From a delta proteobacterium MLS_D (GTDB taxonomy: Bacteria > Desulfobacterota > Syntrophia > Syntrophales > UBA2210), in NCBI GenBank assembly GCA_002030015.1, contig LQBH01000001.1, positions 3,190 to 67,189 on the forward strand: a stretch of DNA of 64,000 bases. The letters run 5' to 3'. The notes under the pieces were generated by a model. It saw only the letters and a list, made by a program, of their open reading frames with translations. It ran no database searches and was not told where the DNA came from. Position numbers and translations under genes: made by a program. Shown here piece by piece: positions 1-9,960 of this stretch. Each line of letters starts with the position of its first letter. Within the stretch, counting starts at the first letter, position 1.

Positions 1-393
1 ATCGTCGAGCACAAGGTCGAGCCAGTCTTTGTCCACCAAGTCTGTTTTTGTGAGGGCCACCAGTCCCAGCCTCACGTTCAGAAGTTCACAGATGCTGAGA
101 TGTTCTCTTGTCTGGGGCATGACGCCTTCGTCGGCGGCGATTACCAGGGCCACCATGTCGATACCGGCGGCCCCGGCCACCATGTTCTTGACAAACCGCT
201 CATGGCCGGGAACATCCACGACGCCGACCAGGGTTTCCTCGTCGAGCTTGAGCGGTGCAAAACCCAGCTCGATGGTGATGCCCCGCTTTTTTTCTTCTTT
301 CAGGCGGTCTGTGTCGATATCCGTCAATGCTTTGACAAGGGTTGTTTTTCCATGATCCACATGGCCCGCCGTTCCCAGTACAATATGTTTCAT
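1..393 (-). CDS. selB: Selenocysteine-specific elongation factor SelB, N-terminal part (runs off window start)
   Basis: Manual minus-strand translation from ATG 393: [46 protein letters not shown]...[20 protein letters not shown]...[14 protein letters not shown]...TKTD, the SelB G-domain signature. Not in the ORF track because the stop lies outside the window. Confidence 0.95.
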   Translation of the reverse strand, partial: MKHIVLGTAGHVDHGKTTLVKALTDIDTDRLKEEKKRGITIELGFAPLKLDEETLVGVVDVPGHERFVKNMVAGAAGIDMVALVIAADEGVMPQTREHLSICELLNVRLGLVALTKTDLVDKDWLDLVLDD

Positions 394-667
394 GGAGCGA
401 TAAGCCTTCCGTGGTATTTAAATAAAAATGCGGAATCGCCTTGCTTCGGAGGGGTCCTCCGTTCCTGGACCGAGGTGAAACGCTACCAGAATATCATCGT
501 TTATACAACTTGAAAACTCAGTACATCGCGGCATTCCGACGATCGGAACAAATTACGTTGTCGCCGCGGCAGGCGGGAATAGTTCCTGTAAAGAGATGAT
601 GGCCTGTCCACTCTGGTGAATGCGAACATTTTTGTAAATTGAGGTTCCCTGTGATATTAACTTTTTC

Positions 668-1117
668 ATGCGGTTATTGGGCCTTGACTACGGAACACGG
701 CGCATCGGCGTGGCGGTCAGCGACGAGCTGGGCATTACGGCTCAGTCCCTGTGCGTTATAGTTCGTAAGACAACAGCGACTGATCTGGATAAGATTGCCG
801 GTATAGCGCGGGAAAGGGGTGTTTCAGCGATCGTGATCGGATATCCCCGCAGGCTGGACGGGACCGAGGGCGTCGAATGTGAACGGGTCACGCGGTTTGC
901 CGGGTGCCTTGAATCCAGGTGCGGTCTCCCTGTAATCCCCTGGGATGAACGTTTCACGACTCGTGACGCCGAAGCACTACTGCTCGAGGCCGACATGAGC
1001 CGGAAAAAGAGAAAAAAGGTAATCGACAGGGTGGCGGCGGCGCTTATTCTCCAGGGATATATGGACTCGATAAAAGACACGCCGACGGCCGCGCGGACCG
1101 GTGATGAAGACAGGTAA
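668..1117 (+). CDS. ruvX: RuvX/YqgF (pre-16S rRNA maturation nuclease, putative Holliday junction resolvase)
   Basis: LGLDYGTRRIGVAVSD, DERFTT, IDRVAAALILQ motifs. Confidence 0.93.
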   Translation: MRLLGLDYGTRRIGVAVSDELGITAQSLCVIVRKTTATDLDKIAGIARERGVSAIVIGYPRRLDGTEGVECERVTRFAGCLESRCGLPVIPWDERFTTRDAEALLLEADMSRKKRKKVIDRVAAALILQGYMDSIKDTPTAARTGDEDR

Positions 1118-2114
1118 AATAATTATAATCATCTTTGCGGTTATTCTGGTTGTCGGTATCGCCCTCGCCTCGTTTGGTTTCCACCGATACGCGAACAGTC
1201 CCCTCAATCCTGCCGCGGGGACAACCGTTATCAATATTCCAAGAGGGGCATCTTTCGTCGATATAGCCGAACTGCTTGAACGTAAAGGGATCCTTCGCCA
1301 CCGGAGGGTCTTCAGCCTGATTGCCCGGGCGCTGGAATTTCACCGGGACCTTAAGGCCGGCGAGTACGAAATATCTGGCTCCGCCACACCGCTGGATCTG
1401 CTCGAACAATTGAGAAAGGGGGTGGTCAAGGAGTATCTGGTTACCGTTCCCGAAGGATTTTCGATGAAACAGACGGCGGACTGTTTCGCGGCTCAGGGCC
1501 TGGCGGACCGCGAAATTTTCCTTTCCCTTGTCGAAGATCGTGACTTTCTGTCATCACTCGGTATTGAAGCCGAAAGCGCGGAAGGATACCTCTTCCCGGA
1601 TACGTACCGGGTGACGCGTTCAAATGATGAAGCGGCGATTATTCGATTAATGGTACGCTGTTTCCGGCAAGCCCTGCCGCCGGATGTAAGCGCAAAATCG
1701 GAGCGGCTCAAATATTCCCTGCACGGAATCATTACCATCGCGTCACTCATTGAAAAAGAGGCCACACTGGATGAGGAAAAACCTCTCATTTCGGCAGTTT
1801 TTCACAACCGCCTAAAAAGGGGAATGCGCCTGCAGAGCGATCCCACCGTTGTGTACCAGGTCGATGATTTTAAGGGAAAAATCAGGAAACAGGACCTGCT
1901 GCGTGAAACGCCGTACAACACCTATCTCATTTCAGGGCTTCCTCCAGGCCCTATATGCAATCCGGGCGCTGCTTCGATCAAGGCGGCCCTGAATCCAGCC
2001 TCGGTGGACTACCTGTATTTCGTTGCCAAAAATGATGGGACGCATCATTTTTCGTCGAATCTTTCCGATCACAACAAAGCCGTCATAAAATATCAGATTA
2101 AAAGGAAAAAATAA
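1104..2114 (+). CDS. mltG: Endolytic transglycosylase MltG (YceG)
   Basis: N-terminal TM, EGYLFPDTY, ASLIEKE, LQSDPT, PYNTY, GLPPGPICNPG. Confidence 0.95.
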   Translation: MKTGKIIIIIFAVILVVGIALASFGFHRYANSPLNPAAGTTVINIPRGASFVDIAELLERKGILRHRRVFSLIARALEFHRDLKAGEYEISGSATPLDLLEQLRKGVVKEYLVTVPEGFSMKQTADCFAAQGLADREIFLSLVEDRDFLSSLGIEAESAEGYLFPDTYRVTRSNDEAAIIRLMVRCFRQALPPDVSAKSERLKYSLHGIITIASLIEKEATLDEEKPLISAVFHNRLKRGMRLQSDPTVVYQVDDFKGKIRKQDLLRETPYNTYLISGLPPGPICNPGAASIKAALNPASVDYLYFVAKNDGTHHFSSNLSDHNKAVIKYQIKRKK

Positions 2115-2123
2115 CTTTTTTGC

Positions 2124-2152
2124 TTGACAAAGAACTGGCCCCTCTCTATAGT
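2124..2152 (+). promoter_or_regulatory. sigma70-type promoter of the dcw cluster
   Basis: TTGACA (2124-2129), 17 bp spacer, TATAGT (2147-2152). Confidence 0.8.
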
Positions 2153-2160
2153 CGAACCTG

Positions 2161-2186
2161 GTGGAGCAAAGTGGATGAATGTGGAG
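2161..2186 (+). promoter_or_regulatory. MraZ operator: three GTGGA(G/T) direct repeats with 10-bp period
   Basis: GTGGAG-caaa-GTGGAT-gaat-GTGGAG at 2161/2171/2181, between promoter and mraZ start; matches known MraZ-box architecture. Confidence 0.8.
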
Positions 2187-2199
2187 GAGGCTTGGAACT

Positions 2200-2646
2200 T
2201 TGTCAGTTTTCAGGGGCCGTTACTACCACAGTATTGACGAGAAGGGCAGGATAATATTTCCCGCGAAGCTTTGCGATATTTTCGCGGAGCATTATGACAA
2301 CCGGCTGGTCATTACGAGCTGGGACGGATATCTCCTCGTCTTTCCCTATGCCGAGTGGACGGTCATTGAAGAAAAAATGTTTCAACAGTCCATTATCCGC
2401 AAGGAAGTCCGTGAATTTCAACGTCTTTTCATGTCAGGGGCCGTGGATTGCACACTGGATTCCCAGAGGCGGATTCTCATTCCGCCATCACTGAGAAGAG
2501 ACGCCGGCCTCGAACGGGATATCGTAACGGCTGGAATGGGTCGAAGCATTGAAATTTGGGATAAGGACCACTTTGAGGCCGCCCTGGAAAAAACAAGCAG
2601 GAACGTGGAGCTGTACAGTCAATATATCGCCGACCTGGGAATATAG
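2200..2646 (+). CDS. mraZ: Division/cell wall cluster transcriptional repressor MraZ
   Basis: FRGRYYHSIDEKGRII and LDSQRRILIP repeats; likely TTG start at 2200 after GGAGGAGG. Confidence 0.93.
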   Translation: MSVFRGRYYHSIDEKGRIIFPAKLCDIFAEHYDNRLVITSWDGYLLVFPYAEWTVIEEKMFQQSIIRKEVREFQRLFMSGAVDCTLDSQRRILIPPSLRRDAGLERDIVTAGMGRSIEIWDKDHFEAALEKTSRNVELYSQYIADLGI

Positions 2647-2650
2647 GCGA

Positions 2651-3592
2651 ATGGAGGATTGCTTTCACACGCCTGTCATGCTTGACGAGGCGGTCGGTTC
2701 ACTTAACCCGAGACAGGGGGGGGTTTACGTGGACGGTACGCTGGGAGGCGGAGGGCACGCACGTGAAATTCTTCGACGTTCTTCGCCGGACGGAATTCTT
2801 GTTGGAATCGACCGGGATGATGAGGCCCTTGAGCAAGCTCGGCAGACTCTGAAAGTTTTCGGCGGCCGGGCGATTCTCATAAAGGGTAATTTCAGGGATA
2901 TCAAGGAGATCGTTTCTCGACTGTTGCCGGGTTATGTCGACGGTATTCTTTTCGATCTCGGCGTTTCATCTCACCATCTTGAGACGGCTTCCCGGGGGTT
3001 CAGTTTCAGCAAGGACGGACCGCTCGATATGCGAATGAATCAGCAGGATGAACTGAATGCATTCCATATTGTCAATACCTGGGCGGAACCCCGTCTCAAG
3101 GAGATTTTGCGGGAATTCGGCGAGGAGCGGTTCGCCGGGAAAATAGCCCGAACGATTGTTCGGGTGCGGAAAAATTCACCCGTGAAAACGACGGGCGAAC
3201 TTGCTTCTATCGTGGAAAAGGCCCTGGGACCGCGGGCCCGAAGAGAGAAAATTCATCCCGCCACCAGAACGTTCCAGGCACTCCGAATATGCGTTAATCG
3301 CGAACTGGATGATCTGCCCCCGGCCATCGAGGGTGCAATCGATGTCCTGACCCCCGGAAGAGGGCGTTTCACCGTTATTTCATTTCATTCACTCGAGGAC
3401 AGGATCGTGAAACGTCTGTTTCGGGGGTCCGAACGACGCTGTGTCTGTCCTCCCGATTTTCCCGTGTGCGTCTGCGGGAGAAAAGGGGTTGTAAAGGTAC
3501 TGACCAGGAGGGTTGTAAAACCCGGGCCGGATGAAATAGGGCGAAACCCGCGGGCCGCAAGTGCGCGGCTCCGAACGGTGGAGAAGCTGTGA
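2651..3592 (+). CDS. rsmH: 16S rRNA m4C1402 methyltransferase RsmH
   Basis: HTPVML, DGTLGGGGH, DLGVSS, PLDMRM, ISFHSLEDRIVK, NPRAASARLR. Confidence 0.96.
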   Translation: MEDCFHTPVMLDEAVGSLNPRQGGVYVDGTLGGGGHAREILRRSSPDGILVGIDRDDEALEQARQTLKVFGGRAILIKGNFRDIKEIVSRLLPGYVDGILFDLGVSSHHLETASRGFSFSKDGPLDMRMNQQDELNAFHIVNTWAEPRLKEILREFGEERFAGKIARTIVRVRKNSPVKTTGELASIVEKALGPRARREKIHPATRTFQALRICVNRELDDLPPAIEGAIDVLTPGRGRFTVISFHSLEDRIVKRLFRGSERRCVCPPDFPVCVCGRKGVVKVLTRRVVKPGPDEIGRNPRAASARLRTVEKL

Positions 3593-3595
3593 GTC

Positions 3596-3895
3596 ATGAC
3601 GGTGGAAGTCGGCATAAGACAGCGGAAGACGCTCCGTTTATCACATGTTGTCGTCGGCGTAATGACGATCATGGTTGTCGCCCTGGTCTACGTATGGTTC
3701 CAGGTGAACACAACGAGGATCAATTACGCCATAGCGCGGGAAATGCAGTTGCAGGAACGGCTGATTGAAGAAGGCAGGCAACTGAAAATGGAAATCGAAG
3801 TACTGGAATCACCGCGGCGGATTGAAACAATAGCGAAAGAAACGCTGGAGATGAACTATCCCCGAAGTGACCAGGTGGTGTTGCTCGATGAGTAG
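3596..3895 (+). CDS. ftsL: Cell division protein FtsL
   Basis: Single TM plus coiled coil, SPRRIETIA..L.M..P; lies between rsmH and ftsI. Confidence 0.85.
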   Translation: MTVEVGIRQRKTLRLSHVVVGVMTIMVVALVYVWFQVNTTRINYAIAREMQLQERLIEEGRQLKMEIEVLESPRRIETIAKETLEMNYPRSDQVVLLDE

Positions 3896-5891
3896 AAAGG
3901 CTCGCAAATGGTTGCGGTTCAGGGTCACCATGGTGGCGGTCCTGTTTTTCGTCCTTTTCGTGGGACTGCTGTCCCGTGCCGTCCATCTCCAGATAATTTC
4001 AGGCAACGTCCTGAAGGGTTTTGCCGAAAGGCAGCACACACGCAACCTTGTTCTTCATCCCGAACGGAACATGATTCTCGACCGCAACGGGCAAAAACTC
4101 GCCGCCACGATCAGGGTCGATTCCATATACGCGGACCCATCAAAAATAATCGATACCGATGAAACGGCCTTTCGCCTGTCAAAGGCACTCGGTATCGACA
4201 GATCAAAACTTGCCGCGGCCCTGTCGAAGCGGGGGCGGTTTTGCTGGATCGCCCGCCAGGTATCACCTGATAAGAAAAAGCGTGTAACCGAACTCGGCCT
4301 TGAAGGCGTTTACACGGTGTATGAGCCGAAGCGTTTTTACCCGCATCGCGAGCTGGCCTGTCATGTCCTCGGTTTCACCGGCATCGATTCGTCCGGTCTG
4401 GAAGGCCTGGAACTTTATTACGACAATCGTCTTAAGACTCACCCTCGAAATGTTCACTGGGGAAGAGACGCGAAAGGAAACAGCATCTATCGTGCCGCTG
4501 CCGGTACGGAGACGATGGAAGGAACCACGGGAGCGGACCTCGTTCTTACCATTGATGGAAAAATACAATACGCCGCCGAACTCGAACTGCAGAAGGCGGT
4601 CAGGAATACGGAAGCCAGAAGCGGCACCGTCGTCGTCATGGACGTTCATACCGGAGAAATACTGGCAATGGCGAACGCTCCGTCCTACAACTTGAACGCC
4701 TTTAAAAGTTCGAATGCCGATGTTAGGCGGAACAGGGCCGTAACAGACACCTTTGAACCGGGATCCGTGTTCAAACCTTTCGTCATGGCCGCCGCACTGG
4801 AAGAAGGCGTGATAACTGAGCAGGATGTAATCGATTGCGAAGAAGGATCCTATGCAGTGAGAGGTCGTATCATTCGCGAAGCGAATGCAAAGAAATACGG
4901 ACTGCTGGGTCCCGGGGAAGTGTTGAAGCGTTCCAGCAACATCGGTATGGCCAAAATAGCTGAAAGAATTGAGAAAGACAGCCTTTACCGGTACTTGTCT
5001 TCCTTTGGTTTCGGTTCGCCCGCCGGCGTCGATCTGCCCGGCGAGGTGGGGGGTGTCTTGCGAAGTCCCGGCGAATGGAGGCCCGTCGATTTAGCCGCAC
5101 TGTCTTTCGGCCAGGGTGTTTCCATCACGGTGCTTCAGATCGCCTCGGCCATGTCGGCCATAGCGAACGACGGCGTTCTGATGAGACCTTACGTGGTAAA
5201 GGCGATGGTAGACGAGACGGGAACAGTGACCAACGAATTTCAGTCGACTCCCGTAAGGCGTGTCATTTCACCGGTCACCGCCAGAAGGCTTACGGCAATG
5301 CTGAAAGACGTTGTCGAAAGTGACGACGGGACCGGCAGCGGCGCACGCATCTCCGGCGTTTCCGCGGCGGGGAAGACCGGAACCTCGCAGAAATTCGACT
5401 GGCTTCTTCACCAGTACTCGTCCGAAAAGGTGGTTACATCTTTTGCTGGATTTTTTCCGGCCGACGACCCGAAAATAACCGTCGTCGTGGTGCTTGACGA
5501 ACCCATCAAGAATCCCTGGGGCGGCGCCTCGGCGGCTCCCGTGTTCAGCAAGATATCACAGCATATTGTTACCCGTTTCAACAGGGATATCGATTTGAAC
5601 CGCGTGGCAAAGCGAGTGATCGAACCGGAGTTTCCGATTATACCCGCTTCGGCTCCGATTCACGGGGCGGACACCGTCGTATTCGATTCAACGAAGCAGA
5701 AGACTTCCGATTTCCCGTCCCCCGACTTTACCGGTCTTTCGATGCGTGAAGTGCTTCATGCGGGAAAGGAATTCGGCATTGATATCAGGGTTTCCGGAAG
5801 CGGCTGGGCCGTGAGCCAGAAAATGCAACCACCGAGCGGTCCGGGCAAAAGGCCGGTCTGTTTTGTGTCGTTCAGCAACGATTTCCGCTGA
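3888..5891 (+). CDS. ftsI: Penicillin-binding protein 3 / FtsI with C-terminal PASTA-like domain
   Basis: SxxK (EPGSVFK), SxN (SSN), KTG motifs; N-terminal TM. Confidence 0.94.
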   Translation: MSRKARKWLRFRVTMVAVLFFVLFVGLLSRAVHLQIISGNVLKGFAERQHTRNLVLHPERNMILDRNGQKLAATIRVDSIYADPSKIIDTDETAFRLSKALGIDRSKLAAALSKRGRFCWIARQVSPDKKKRVTELGLEGVYTVYEPKRFYPHRELACHVLGFTGIDSSGLEGLELYYDNRLKTHPRNVHWGRDAKGNSIYRAAAGTETMEGTTGADLVLTIDGKIQYAAELELQKAVRNTEARSGTVVVMDVHTGEILAMANAPSYNLNAFKSSNADVRRNRAVTDTFEPGSVFKPFVMAAALEEGVITEQDVIDCEEGSYAVRGRIIREANAKKYGLLGPGEVLKRSSNIGMAKIAERIEKDSLYRYLSSFGFGSPAGVDLPGEVGGVLRSPGEWRPVDLAALSFGQGVSITVLQIASAMSAIANDGVLMRPYVVKAMVDETGTVTNEFQSTPVRRVISPVTARRLTAMLKDVVESDDGTGSGARISGVSAAGKTGTSQKFDWLLHQYSSEKVVTSFAGFFPADDPKITVVVVLDEPIKNPWGGASAAPVFSKISQHIVTRFNRDIDLNRVAKRVIEPEFPIIPASAPIHGADTVVFDSTKQKTSDFPSPDFTGLSMREVLHAGKEFGIDIRVSGSGWAVSQKMQPPSGPGKRPVCFVSFSNDFR

Positions 5892-5906
5892 GGGTGAGAA
5901 AAACGC

Positions 5907-7421
5907 ATGGAACTTCGGCGAATTCTCGATAATCTTGATGTAATCGAACTACGGGGCGAGTCTTCGGTCGACGTGATGAATATCACCTGCGATTCAAGGC
6001 AATGCAGCACAGGGTCTCTTTTTTTCGCCGTTCCCGGTCACCTTCGCGACGGCCATAACTATATCGACGAGGCGATACGAGCGGGCACGCGGTGCGTGGT
6101 TTACGAGAGCTATATTCCGGAACCGGCGGGAGTGACGTTTGTGCGCGTGGCGGACAGCAGGCGTGCGATGAGTCAGGCGGCGAAAAACTTTTTCGGAGAT
6201 CCGTCAAATGAGCTCACCGTCGTGGGTGTAACGGGGACCAACGGAAAGACAACCGTAACGTGCCTTGTAGAGGCCGTGCTGAAGGCGGCGGGACTCAATC
6301 CCGGCGTGATTGGAACGATAGAGTGGCGGTACGGTGAGACAGCTGTTCCCTCACGAAACACGACCCCGGAATCACTTGACCTCCAGAGGATACTCAGGTC
6401 TATGGCCGACGGGGGTGTAACGCACGTGGTGATGGAAGTATCATCCCATGCCATCGACATGCAGCGGGTCGCCGATGTTCATTTCGATCTCGGCGTTTTC
6501 ACGAACCTGTCGCCGGAGCACCTAGATTATCACGGTACCATGGAGAACTACTACACCGTTAAGAAGAGCTTTTTTCAACACCTGCCGAAAGGACGTACGG
6601 CGGTGATAAACGAAAATGATCCCTGGGGAGAGAGACTGATCCGCGAAATCGGAGGTTCAATCATCACCTTCGGGATGGATAAGACCTGCCACGTCAGTCC
6701 GACCGACGTTGATCTTGGTCCGGCGGGGTTGAAGGCGCGTCTGAAAACGCCCGGGGGCTTCCTGACACTCGAATCGCCGCTTACGGGTGCGTTCAACCTG
6801 TCAAACATCATGGCCGCCGTGGGAACATGCCTCGCGCTGAAAATCGACAACGAATACATCGTTGAGGGCATCGAAACGGCCGGTCCCGTTCCGGGACGGC
6901 TTGAGCGCATACCTGCCGACGAAAATATTTATGTTTTTGTCGATTACGCACACACCGAAGATGCATTGAAAAATGTTCTGGAAACGTTGCGAAGGTTCGC
7001 CGAGAAGCGGCTGATTACTGTTTTTGGATGTGGCGGTGACCGCGACAAAACGAAGCGGCCGCTCATGGGGCGGACGGCGGCGGAACTCAGCGATTGCGTC
7101 GTTATAACCTCGGACAACCCTCGAGGTGAGGATCCTCGAGCCATTATGAGTGATATAGAAAAGGGCGTCGACCTGGTTAAAATTGATCCCGCCCTTTCAC
7201 CAGGCGGGGCAGGAACAGAACAAACGGGGTACCGGGTGATTGAAGACCGTGCCGAGGCGATCAATTGGGCTGTTCACTCGGCCCGGTCCGGCGACATTGT
7301 TCTCATAGCCGGCAAGGGGCACGAGGATTACCAGATCGTGGGTGACAGGCGGCTGCCGTTCGACGACAGAATTGCTGCTGCCCGTGCTCTCGCATCAAGG
7401 CGTTCGAGGAGCGTGTCGTGA
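5907..7421 (+). CDS. murE: UDP-MurNAc-dipeptide--meso-DAP ligase
   Basis: GTNGKTT, TTPES, MEVSSH, DYAHT, DNPR (meso-DAP-specific motif), AGKGHE. Confidence 0.96.
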   Translation: MELRRILDNLDVIELRGESSVDVMNITCDSRQCSTGSLFFAVPGHLRDGHNYIDEAIRAGTRCVVYESYIPEPAGVTFVRVADSRRAMSQAAKNFFGDPSNELTVVGVTGTNGKTTVTCLVEAVLKAAGLNPGVIGTIEWRYGETAVPSRNTTPESLDLQRILRSMADGGVTHVVMEVSSHAIDMQRVADVHFDLGVFTNLSPEHLDYHGTMENYYTVKKSFFQHLPKGRTAVINENDPWGERLIREIGGSIITFGMDKTCHVSPTDVDLGPAGLKARLKTPGGFLTLESPLTGAFNLSNIMAAVGTCLALKIDNEYIVEGIETAGPVPGRLERIPADENIYVFVDYAHTEDALKNVLETLRRFAEKRLITVFGCGGDRDKTKRPLMGRTAAELSDCVVITSDNPRGEDPRAIMSDIEKGVDLVKIDPALSPGGAGTEQTGYRVIEDRAEAINWAVHSARSGDIVLIAGKGHEDYQIVGDRRLPFDDRIAAARALASRRSRSVS

Positions 7422-8875
7422 AGGATACTACACCGGCCATAAAGCTGAACGATATAGTCGAGGCTACGGGAGGTATACTCCTGCGACAGGGGAAGCGAGC
7501 GGAATGCAGCGAAGTTTCCACGGATACGCGGACGATCGCCGAGGGCGCCTTGTTCATTCCGCTTCGCGGGCGCACCTATAACGGTCATGATTACCTTGAG
7601 GATGCCCTGAACCGCGGTGCCGCTGCCGTTCTCGCAGCGAAGGAATACGCACAGGCCGCCGAATCGCTTTCCGGCGACGTCTCGATCATCATTGTCGACG
7701 ACACCCTGAAGGCTCTGGGTGACCTTGCATACTGGTGGCGCCGTCGGTTCGACGTCCCTGTTATAGCCGTGACCGGAAGTTCCGGGAAAACGACGACAAA
7801 GGAGATGGTCGCGCTCATCGGTGAGCGATCCCTCAAAATTCACAAGAACAGCGGCAACCTGAACAATTGCATCGGTTTTCCCCTGAGTCTGCTGCGGTTG
7901 ACATCCGCTCACGGTGCCGGTGTCTACGAACTGGCGTCGAATCAACCCGGAGAAATTGCCCGGCTGGCGCAAATCGCCTTACCCGATGTGGCGGTCATCA
8001 CCAACGTGGGACCCGCACATTTGCAGGGGTTTCATTCTCTCGAAGCGGTGCGGGAAGAGAAAGGTTCGATCCTTTCCTTTGTGAAGCCCGGCGGACTGGC
8101 CGTTATGAACCGGGACGACGCGAACGTAAGAATTCTCGAAGACAGGTGGAAGGGGAAGAGCATCAGTTTCGGCATCGCGGAACGGGCAACGGTGAAGGCT
8201 GAACATATTTTTACCAGGGGGGATACGGGCGTCAGCTTTACGATCAAAATCGGCGGTCTGTCGAGAGGTATCGATATGACCACGTTGGGGATACATAATA
8301 TTTATAACGCTCTTGCCGCCGCTGCGGCCTCATGGGCCGTCGGCGTTCCTTTTGATGAGATCTGTGTCGGTCTTGCCGCGTTCAGGCAGGTGCCGGGCCG
8401 TATGACCGTTACCAGACTGGCGTCGGGGGCGACGCTCATCGACGACAGCTACAACGCGAATCCCGCTTCCGCTGCGGCGGCATTGAAAACACTCTCCGCT
8501 GTCAAAGGCGCAGGGACCGCCGTGGTCATTTTCGGTGACATGCTCGAACTTGGTGAAGAAAGCGAGGAAAAGCACCGCGAGGCGGGTGAACTCATTGCGT
8601 CGACGGGTGTTGATTTTCTTTTCGTAACGGGCGGGCAGGCGTTTGCCGTGGCGGAAGGGGCCCGCCGGGGCGGCATGAATGCTGAACGGATACACGCGGT
8701 CGAGAATCCGGGCGAGGTGTTATCCCTGCTGAGAACGATACCGCGGTCTGATTTGTGGATTCTCGTCAAGGGATCCCGCGCAATGAAAATGGAACGTTTC
8801 TGTGCGGCGATTTCCGACGCCCTGAAAGGGAAAGCATCGCCGACGGACATTCGTGGGGGGGAGGAGACGATATGA
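7418..8875 (+). CDS. murF: UDP-MurNAc-tripeptide--D-Ala-D-Ala ligase
   Basis: [34 protein letters not shown]. Confidence 0.95.
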   Translation: MKDTTPAIKLNDIVEATGGILLRQGKRAECSEVSTDTRTIAEGALFIPLRGRTYNGHDYLEDALNRGAAAVLAAKEYAQAAESLSGDVSIIIVDDTLKALGDLAYWWRRRFDVPVIAVTGSSGKTTTKEMVALIGERSLKIHKNSGNLNNCIGFPLSLLRLTSAHGAGVYELASNQPGEIARLAQIALPDVAVITNVGPAHLQGFHSLEAVREEKGSILSFVKPGGLAVMNRDDANVRILEDRWKGKSISFGIAERATVKAEHIFTRGDTGVSFTIKIGGLSRGIDMTTLGIHNIYNALAAAAASWAVGVPFDEICVGLAAFRQVPGRMTVTRLASGATLIDDSYNANPASAAAALKTLSAVKGAGTAVVIFGDMLELGEESEEKHREAGELIASTGVDFLFVTGGQAFAVAEGARRGGMNAERIHAVENPGEVLSLLRTIPRSDLWILVKGSRAMKMERFCAAISDALKGKASPTDIRGGEETI

Positions 8876-9951
8876 TTTATCATTTTCTCTACCCACTCAG
8901 CGACACGATTTCATCATTCAATATATTCCGGTACATAACCTTCCGGACGATATACGCCACCATCACGGCCCTTTTGATCTGTTTTCTCCTTGGTCCCTGG
9001 CTGATACGGAAGATGCAGACCATGCAGATCGTTCAGCAGATCCGCTCCGACGGTCCGGGATCCCATTTTTCCAAGGAAGGTACCCCGACGATGGGCGGCG
9101 TCCTGATCGTTTTTTCAGTGGTTGTGTCCACGATCCTGTGGGCGAAACTCAATGTGGATTATATCTGGATGGCGCTGGCCGTGACAGTGAGTTTCGGATT
9201 GATTGGTTTCATCGACGATTTCCGCAAACTCTCTGAAAAGAACAGTCGAGGCCTCCCCGGAAAGGTCCGTTTCCTGCTGGAAATTCTTATAGCATTGTCG
9301 GTGAGTTGTTTCCTGTTTTTTAAGCCGGGATTCGATACCACCGTGATGATTCCTTTTTTTAAAACCGTTGTACCCGACATCGGTTGGGTCTACGTCATTT
9401 TTTCAACCTTTATCATCGTGGGCGCCGCTAACGCCGTAAACCTGACCGACGGTCTCGACGGCCTGGCCATCGGACCCGTAACCATCTGTTTTGCCACGTA
9501 CGTTCTGTTTGCTTATTTCGCGGGCAACATAAAAATCGCCGAATATCTTCAGACATTTTACGTGGCCGGTGTGGGTGAGCTTGCCGTGTTCTGCGGTGCC
9601 ATGGTGGGCGCAGGTCTGGGATTCCTCTGGTACAACACGTACCCGGCCCAGATATTCATGGGAGACGTAGGATCCCTCCCCCTCGGCGGAGCGTTGGGAA
9701 CGGTGGCCGTTCTTACGAAGCAGGAGATCGCGCTGGTCATCGTGGGCGGCATCTTTGTGGTGGAAACCATCTCTGTCATATTCCAGGTCGGCTGGTTCAA
9801 GATGTCCAATGGAAAGCGCATATTCCGCATGGCGCCTGTGCATCATCATTTTGAACTGAAGGGGTGGCCCGAACCGAAAGTTATAGTCCGGTTCTGGCTG
9901 ATTTCGATCATCCTGGCGCTTATCGCCATCAGCACCCTGAAAATAAGGTGA
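8872..9951 (+). CDS. mraY: Phospho-N-acetylmuramoyl-pentapeptide transferase
   Basis: [33 protein letters not shown]. Confidence 0.97.
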   Translation: MIYHFLYPLSDTISSFNIFRYITFRTIYATITALLICFLLGPWLIRKMQTMQIVQQIRSDGPGSHFSKEGTPTMGGVLIVFSVVVSTILWAKLNVDYIWMALAVTVSFGLIGFIDDFRKLSEKNSRGLPGKVRFLLEILIALSVSCFLFFKPGFDTTVMIPFFKTVVPDIGWVYVIFSTFIIVGAANAVNLTDGLDGLAIGPVTICFATYVLFAYFAGNIKIAEYLQTFYVAGVGELAVFCGAMVGAGLGFLWYNTYPAQIFMGDVGSLPLGGALGTVAVLTKQEIALVIVGGIFVVETISVIFQVGWFKMSNGKRIFRMAPVHHHFELKGWPEPKVIVRFWLISIILALIAISTLKIR

Positions 9952-9960
9952 CGGGCAGCG

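Noticed and set aside
29-513. Plus-strand ORFs 29..355 and 100..513
   Set aside because: Antisense shadows of selB
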